This document shows, in pieces, positions 58,198 through 64,000 of a stretch of 64,000 nucleotides of DNA. The stretch comes from Planctomycetota bacterium (GTDB taxonomy: Bacteria > Planctomycetota > GCA-2746535), in contig NVWA01000005.1 of NCBI GenBank assembly GCA_002746535.1, forward strand, positions 22,047-86,046, in the 5' to 3' direction. A program made the translations under genes and the position numbers. The notes under the pieces were generated by a model. That model had not been told where the DNA came from. It saw only the letters and a program-made list of their open reading frames with translations, and did not search any database. Position 1 is the first letter of the stretch, and each line of letters opens with the position of its first letter.

Positions 58198-58722
58198 ATG
58201 AACCCAATTGACATGTACGAAATACTGGTTCGTGAAAATGAACCTATGCTTCAGGCTTATATTCTTGGCATTGTTAAAGACCCTGTGCTAACAGAAGATA
58301 TTTGCCAAGATGCCTTTGTGAAAGCTTACGTCAAGCTTGATACATTAAAGTCAAAAGAAACCTTTGGCGCTTGGCTAAGAACTATTGCAAAAAATATAGC
58401 ATTTGAAGAATTAAAAAGAAGAAAAAGAGAAGTGGCTTTAGAACCAGAAGTTTTACTAGGTATGGAAGAAGTTTTTCGTGGTATCGAAAATAGAGCTGAA
58501 GACAATTGGGCAGAAAAATTAAATCTGGTTGAAAGATGTTTTCAAGCCTTACCCGAAAAATTACATATTACTTGCAAAATGTATTATTTTGAAAACCACC
58601 GAGCTGTAGATATTTCAAAACATTTGGACATCAGTTTACAATCAATTCTAAAACGACTTGAAAGAGTACGAAGTAATATGCGCAAATGTGTCGAACGAAA
58701 ATTAAATCTAGGTACGTTATAA
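58198..58722 (+). CDS. ECF sigma factor
   Basis: LQAYI...TEDICQDAFVKAY...FGAWLRTIAKN (region 2); CFQALP...MYYF...ISKHL...RLERVRSNMRKC (region 4). Confidence 0.92.
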   Translation: MNPIDMYEILVRENEPMLQAYILGIVKDPVLTEDICQDAFVKAYVKLDTLKSKETFGAWLRTIAKNIAFEELKRRKREVALEPEVLLGMEEVFRGIENRAEDNWAEKLNLVERCFQALPEKLHITCKMYYFENHRAVDISKHLDISLQSILKRLERVRSNMRKCVERKLNLGTL

Positions 58723-60290
58723 TGCTATTAAACAATAAATTAAAAAAAGAATTGAAAAGTCAAGGTCGCGAACAAGCTATAGATGGTATTCTTAGATCAC
58801 AGTTTTCTGAAATTGAAATGAATGGCGGCGACAGAGCTCTTGAAATCCTTCGAGATCCTCAAGAAAGAAAAAAAGCCACCAAAAAGATTAAAAGAGATTC
58901 AAAGAGAAACTCCCCCTATTCCACAACCACAAACCTGAGTATTGCTAAAATACAAAACTCCCCCATTACAATGATTATAAGTGCGACATTACCACTAGCA
59001 GCAGCATTAATGTTTTTCGTCCTCTATCAACTTTACACTACACCAGATCAAATTGCCGGCTCACCACATATCACTTATACGGGGAAAAATATTCAAGTTA
59101 TCCGAAATGGTAAACCTTTAAATACGCAGCTCAATATGGAAATTTTAAACCTTGATTCCATCACTATTCCATACGGCGAAAAAGTAAACATAACTTATGA
59201 TGACGGATCCGCATTAGAATTACTTTCAAATTCAACCGTAACTTTTGGAAACCCTTCAACTGACGAAAATAAAATACACTTAGACCAAAAATTAATTGAA
59301 TTAAAACATGGCGAAATACATGTTAGCGTTTCAAAACAAGCAGAAAAATATCCAATGCTGTTAAATACTTCAAAAGCTATAGTCAAAGTTTTAGGAACAA
59401 AATTTAGGCTCAGCAATACCAATGAAAAAACTATTATTCAAATGGAAAAAGGATTTGTTGAATTCACGAATATAAGCATTAACAAATCCATCAGTGTTAA
59501 AGACAGAGAGACAGCCATTGTTACTGAAAACAGCATATCATTGAAAAAACCGGAGGTCAAAACTGAAACTGCCATTAACATAATTACTCCGAGAATCACT
59601 AAGAACTGCCTTGTCTCCTATAAATTTAATCTTGACAGCTTTCAAAATAATCTATTTAAAAATAATTTCCCACAAAATAAATCAATAAAATTAAAGTATA
59701 CCGGAACTTCTCAACCCAATATTTTAAAAATGGGCGGCTTAAACATTAGCTCACAGATCTCATTATCTAATTCCGAAAATGCTAAAGAGATTTTAGAGGA
59801 AATTCAAAAATCAAATGAAATAAGCTTCGAGTTATGGCTAAAACCAGCTGATAATAGTGATGTAAATAATCACTCTATGTTGATAGCCTTCAGTAAAGAA
59901 AAAGAATTGTTTGGACAGCCACACTGGCTTTTTTTCTTAGGCCAAAAAGGAAACAGCATTGTGTTATCAATGAACACTGATACTAAAGAAGGTTTTGATA
60001 ATCAACTAGAATTCAACAATATTTTTGAAGATAACTCAATTGCTCATATAGTAATTACAAAAGATAAAGACGGTATTGTTACCCTTTTTAAGAATGGGAT
60101 TTCTCAAAAAAGTATTGAAACAAAAGGAAATTTCACCTCTTTGTTTACCAACAAAGATAAAGTTTATCTAAATCTGACTGGCAATAATACCAAAAGTCAT
60201 TCATGGAATGGCGTTTTATTCTTGAGCGCCATTTATGATAGAGCCTTAAACTCAGAGGAAATACAGCAAAATTACCTTTCCAAATATTAG
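58722..60290 (+). CDS. FecR-family anti-sigma factor with a C-terminal LamG-like domain
   Basis: The ATG overlaps the sigma stop (TAATG). One TM; FecR core DGSALEL...G.IHVSVSKQ...AIVKVLGTKF...EKGFV; LamG SFELWLKP...IYDRALNSEEI. Confidence 0.85.
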   Translation: MLLNNKLKKELKSQGREQAIDGILRSQFSEIEMNGGDRALEILRDPQERKKATKKIKRDSKRNSPYSTTTNLSIAKIQNSPITMIISATLPLAAALMFFVLYQLYTTPDQIAGSPHITYTGKNIQVIRNGKPLNTQLNMEILNLDSITIPYGEKVNITYDDGSALELLSNSTVTFGNPSTDENKIHLDQKLIELKHGEIHVSVSKQAEKYPMLLNTSKAIVKVLGTKFRLSNTNEKTIIQMEKGFVEFTNISINKSISVKDRETAIVTENSISLKKPEVKTETAINIITPRITKNCLVSYKFNLDSFQNNLFKNNFPQNKSIKLKYTGTSQPNILKMGGLNISSQISLSNSENAKEILEEIQKSNEISFELWLKPADNSDVNNHSMLIAFSKEKELFGQPHWLFFLGQKGNSIVLSMNTDTKEGFDNQLEFNNIFEDNSIAHIVITKDKDGIVTLFKNGISQKSIETKGNFTSLFTNKDKVYLNLTGNNTKSHSWNGVLFLSAIYDRALNSEEIQQNYLSKY

Positions 60291-60342
60291 CATTTCTATT
60301 TTTCCAAATTCTTAATTTAAACATGGTTTTTAAGTTTAAATT

Positions 60343-60370
60343 TTGACTTAATTCTGTCATTTTCTATAAT
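60343..60370 (+). promoter_or_regulatory. Sigma70-type promoter of pheST
   Basis: TTGACT-N16-TATAAT about 50 nt upstream of the pheS ATG. Confidence 0.7.
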
Positions 60371-60421
60371 TCCTCCCCAAATTTTAATACAAAATATTGA
60401 ATCATAGACAAGGCAAAGTAC

Positions 60422-61468
60422 ATGCTTGAAAAACTAGAGAAATTGTCCAGTAAACTGAAAGATGAAGTTAAAGTAATCTTAAGTGAAACCAAAAATATAA
60501 GCGCCACAAAATTAAAAGAAAAAGCTGAAAATTTTCGTTTAAAATACTTGGTCAAAAAAGGTGAAGTAACTCAATTAATGAGCCTACTGAAAGATGCGGC
60601 AAAAGAAGAAAAACCAAAATTAGGCCAAGCCATCAACCAAATAAAAAAATTAGCCAACGATTTACATGATAGTATTTTAAAATCTTCTACGGACAAAAGT
60701 AATACGGAAGAAATGTCTGCTCAAATTGATACTACACTTCCCGGCAATCAAATTAAAAATGGCTCATTTCATCCCGTAACATTAATGCAACGAGAAATGG
60801 TAACCATTCTGACCGCGATGGGTTTTACAACTTTCGAAGGTCCGGAAATTGAAACTGAATGGTATAACTTCGAAGCACTAAATATTCCCGAAGAACATCC
60901 TACCCGCGATATGCAAGATACCTTTTTTGAAGAATCAAATAATGTCTTAAGAACGCATACTTCCGGTATTCAAATTCACGCTATGTTAAAAGAGGAACCA
61001 CCCTTAAGAATTATTGCCCCAGGTGCTGTCTACCGTCAAGATTCAGATGCTACCCACACACCAATGTTTCATCAGATTGAATGCTTGGTGGTTGATGAAG
61101 GTATTTCATTTGGCGACCTTAAAGGTGTCATTGATCATTTCCTGAAAGAAATTTATGGCAGCAGTCTTAAAACTCGCTTCCGACCAAGTTTTTTCCCTTT
61201 TACTGAACCAAGTGCTGAAATGGATTTACAATGTTTTAACTGTCAGGGAAAAGGCTGCTCATTGTGCAAGAAAACTGGTTGGATAGAAATTGGTGGTTGC
61301 GGTATGGTTGATCCGGCTGTCTTTGAAGCCGTAAACGTTGATGCAGAAAAATACACAGGTTTTGCTTTTGGAATGGGCCTCGACAGAATGGCAATGCTAA
61401 AATATGGCATTAATGACCTTCGCCTTACCTTTGAAGGCGACTTAAGATTTTTATCACAATTCGAATAA
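60422..61468 (+). CDS. pheS: Phenylalanine-tRNA ligase alpha subunit
   Basis: HPVT, NFEALNIP..HPTRDMQDTF, LRTHTS, HTPMFHQIE, FRPSFFPFTEPS, EIGGCGMV and AFGMGLDR. Confidence 0.98.
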   Translation: MLEKLEKLSSKLKDEVKVILSETKNISATKLKEKAENFRLKYLVKKGEVTQLMSLLKDAAKEEKPKLGQAINQIKKLANDLHDSILKSSTDKSNTEEMSAQIDTTLPGNQIKNGSFHPVTLMQREMVTILTAMGFTTFEGPEIETEWYNFEALNIPEEHPTRDMQDTFFEESNNVLRTHTSGIQIHAMLKEEPPLRIIAPGAVYRQDSDATHTPMFHQIECLVVDEGISFGDLKGVIDHFLKEIYGSSLKTRFRPSFFPFTEPSAEMDLQCFNCQGKGCSLCKKTGWIEIGGCGMVDPAVFEAVNVDAEKYTGFAFGMGLDRMAMLKYGINDLRLTFEGDLRFLSQFE

Positions 61469-61488
61469 ATAATAAAGAAAGATTTTAA

Positions 61489-63981
61489 ATGCAAATAAAT
61501 GTAGAGTGGCTACAGGATTACATTGATTACCAAGGAACTATTGAAGAACTGGATTCTATCCTTACTAAAGCAGGCTTAGAAGTTGAAGGCATTGAATCCT
61601 TTGGCGAAGGGTTAGACGGCGTCATCATAGGCAAAGTTAAATCAAAAGAAAAACACCCTGACGCTGATAAATTATCTGTATGTATTGTATTTGATGGCAA
61701 AGAAGATTTGCAGATTGTTTGCGGAGCCCCAAATATTGAAGCCGGTCAAACAATTGCTTTAGCACCCGTTGGTTGTGTATTACCAGATCCAGAAAATCAA
61801 AAAGGATTTAAAATAAAAAAATCAAAAATCAGAGGCATTGAATCCCTAGGCATGATTTGCGCCGAAGACGAACTGGGTCTTTCAAATGATCATGATGGTA
61901 TTATGATTTTAGATGATTCGTTTGAAGCTGGCACACCTATAACAAGTGCCCTAAATTTACCAAAAAAAGTATTGGATATTTCTATCACACCCAACCGACC
62001 AGATTGTTTATCTTACATCGGGGTAGCCAGAGAAGTTTCTGCGGCAACAGGGTTACCTGTAAAAATACCATCATTCGAATATAGCACAACCGATTTCAAA
62101 AGTGAATCATTTTCTGAAGTTACCATTGAACACGAAGATTGTCCACGCTACATGGGACTAGCCGTCAAAAATGTAAAAATCAAACCATCACCAAAATGGT
62201 TAAAAACATATCTTGAAACTGTCGGGTTAAGATCAATTAACAATGTCGTGGATATCACAAATTTTGTAATGTTAGAATCTGGCAACCCGTTGCATGCTTT
62301 TGATGCTGATGAAATCAAAGGAAAAAAAATCATCATACGTAAAGCCAATGAAAATGAAACAATGACAACACTTGATGAACAAGAAAGAAAATTATTAAAT
62401 ACCGATTTGTTAATCTGTGATGAAAGTGGTCCCGTCGCACTTGCAGGTGTTATGGGCGGATTAAACAGTGAAATTACAGAAAACACCACCAATGTTTTTA
62501 TTGAAGTTGCTTATTTTAATCCGATATGTGTTCGAAAAACTTCTAGACGTTTAGGTTTACAAACTGATTCAAGTTTTCGATTTGAACGAGGTGTTGATCC
62601 AGAAAACTTAGAATATGTGATTAAAAGAACTGCCTCATTATTAAACCAATTAGCTGATGGAGAAGTAGCCTCTAATATAATAGATATTTATCCTCAGAAA
62701 ATTGAAGCAAAAGTTTTTTCTTTAAGGACCTCACGAGTCAATAAAGTCCTTGGTGTCACTCTAACAACTTCAGAAGTTGAAGAAAAATTAAAAGGCATTG
62801 ATATTCTAAAAGAAGAAAACATCAGTGAAGATGAATTGACATACAAAATCCCAACCTTTCGACCAGATATTACAAGAGAAGTTGATCTGATAGAAGAAAT
62901 TGCTCGTTTAATAGGTTTTGAAAATATTCCTTACACACTTCCTAAAATGAGTATTAAACCAATTACAGAAGCACCTATCATAAAATTTACTGACCAGGTT
63001 AAAACGGCTTTTGTTAATAAGGGATTTAACGAAACCGTTTCTTTTCATTTCACGGGTTTAAAAGATATTGAAAAAATGCAACTATCTAAAGAAGACCCAA
63101 GATCAAATCCTATTGCAGTTAAAAATCCTATTGCTGAAGATCTATCCCACATGCAGACAACTTTAATTCCAAATCTTTTAAGAGCTGCTGCATTAAACGC
63201 CAATCATTTCAATGAAAGCATTCAACTATTTGAAGTAGGAAGAATTTATCTAAAAGAGCAATACAAAGAAGAATTGAAATCAATTTTTGAAAATAGGTAT
63301 TACAAAATCAATGAATATATTTACAAAGAAGAGGAAGTCAGGCCAATTGAACGTGCACAAGTAGCCGGAATTATCACAGGTATTAACAAACAAAATGCTT
63401 GGAATGAAAAAGAAGATCCACATTCTTTTTACAGTTTAAAAGGTCTTTTAATATCAACCTTAAGCTCCTTAAAAATAAAAAATATCAAAGAAGAACCTTT
63501 AAGGAATATTGATACTTATTTACACCCTGGGAAATCGATTACATTGAAAGCAAACAAAGTTATCATCGGTTATCTCGGACAATTAAAACCTGAAATTGCT
63601 GAAGGGTATGGATTAAAATCAAGTCCCTTTGTTTTTGAACTAGATGTACCTTCTTTACTTCGTTGCCAAAACCAACAATATCAATTCAACTCTATTTCAA
63701 AGTTCCCTTCCACTAATCGAGATTTATCTTTTGCTTTTAGGAAAGAAACGACATGGGGGGAAATTGAAAATAGTATTAAAAAGTTAAATATAAAACATCT
63801 TCAGAATATTCATGTCTTCGATTTATTTGAAGGTGGGAACTTAGCAGAAGATCAAAAATCTTTAGCAATATCCCTAACGTTTCAATCAAATGAAAAAACA
63901 TTAGAAGAAAAAGATACTCAAAAAAGTGTTGATAAAGTGACAAAGTTATTCATCGAGCAATTTGAAGCGACACAAAGATAA
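61489..63981 (+). CDS. pheT: Phenylalanine-tRNA ligase beta subunit
   Basis: HPDADKL, IVCGAPN, ITPNRPDCLS, NNVVDITN, RFERGVD, FRPDI.REVDLIEEIAR, SKFP...RDLS and FDLFEG. Confidence 0.98.
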   Translation: MQINVEWLQDYIDYQGTIEELDSILTKAGLEVEGIESFGEGLDGVIIGKVKSKEKHPDADKLSVCIVFDGKEDLQIVCGAPNIEAGQTIALAPVGCVLPDPENQKGFKIKKSKIRGIESLGMICAEDELGLSNDHDGIMILDDSFEAGTPITSALNLPKKVLDISITPNRPDCLSYIGVAREVSAATGLPVKIPSFEYSTTDFKSESFSEVTIEHEDCPRYMGLAVKNVKIKPSPKWLKTYLETVGLRSINNVVDITNFVMLESGNPLHAFDADEIKGKKIIIRKANENETMTTLDEQERKLLNTDLLICDESGPVALAGVMGGLNSEITENTTNVFIEVAYFNPICVRKTSRRLGLQTDSSFRFERGVDPENLEYVIKRTASLLNQLADGEVASNIIDIYPQKIEAKVFSLRTSRVNKVLGVTLTTSEVEEKLKGIDILKEENISEDELTYKIPTFRPDITREVDLIEEIARLIGFENIPYTLPKMSIKPITEAPIIKFTDQVKTAFVNKGFNETVSFHFTGLKDIEKMQLSKEDPRSNPIAVKNPIAEDLSHMQTTLIPNLLRAAALNANHFNESIQLFEVGRIYLKEQYKEELKSIFENRYYKINEYIYKEEEVRPIERAQVAGIITGINKQNAWNEKEDPHSFYSLKGLLISTLSSLKIKNIKEEPLRNIDTYLHPGKSITLKANKVIIGYLGQLKPEIAEGYGLKSSPFVFELDVPSLLRCQNQQYQFNSISKFPSTNRDLSFAFRKETTWGEIENSIKKLNIKHLQNIHVFDLFEGGNLAEDQKSLAISLTFQSNEKTLEEKDTQKSVDKVTKLFIEQFEATQR

Positions 63982-64000
63982 ACTTTCGTTTAGTTAGTAT

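Noticed and set aside
58686-58721. ORF-track start of the FecR protein at 58686
   Set aside because: It overlaps the sigma gene by 37 nt; the ATG at 58722 overlapping the sigma stop is the more typical coupled start.
60291-60421. T-box or pheM-type attenuator upstream of pheS
   Set aside because: A near-consensus promoter lies only about 50 nt upstream of the ATG, leaving no room, and I saw no T-box motif or Phe-rich leader.
113-63981. Many short ORFs in the track (e.g. 113..310, 2621..2827, 4357..4542, 7477..8022, 8701..9134, 14588..14890, 16816..17181, 21530..21996, 26473..27897, 30782..31438, 37040..37294, 43724..43981, 53550..53843, 56850..57194, 62148..62492)
   Set aside because: They are antisense or out-of-frame shadows lying wholly or largely over well-supported genes, with no recognisable motifs.
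1-64000. CRISPR arrays, rRNA, transposases, integrases, prophage genes
   Set aside because: I saw no regularly spaced direct repeats, rRNA-like stretches or DDE/tyrosine-recombinase motifs.

Overview
An AT-rich bacterial chromosomal segment (roughly 30-35% GC by eye). Housekeeping genes are acnA (partial), trxB, rfbACB, astB, lgt, tdh-kbl, pdxB, an rlmL-like gene, cimA, dtd, tRNA-Leu(CAA), acpS and pheST. They are interleaved with large secreted or membrane proteins: PQQ-like beta-propellers, prenyltransferase/squalene-oxidase-repeat barrels, tandem LRR/C-type-lectin lipoproteins, a 2149-aa protein and an ECF/FecR-LamG cassette. This mix resembles PVC-superphylum genomes (inference only; the taxon cannot be fixed from this window). 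I saw no CRISPR array, rRNA, transposase or integrase. The most striking observation is an in-frame fusion of the t6A-pathway protein TsaB to an intact Hanks-type Ser/Thr kinase. Its junction carries an A8 tract containing an in-phase A_AAA_AAG heptamer 9 nt after a GAGGT Shine-Dalgarno-like element, so programmed frameshifting, phase variation and a homopolymer assembly error must be told apart. Other highlights: an ECF/FecR cassette coupled to a protein with a TonB-like SxxxH anchor; several domains that appear catalytically dead (GxxExxY, PseG-like, HATPase, receiver); an animal-GAD/CSAD-like decarboxylase translationally coupled to lgt; and a collapsed sugar ABC transporter remnant. All product calls come from motif recognition by eye; no database searches were run.
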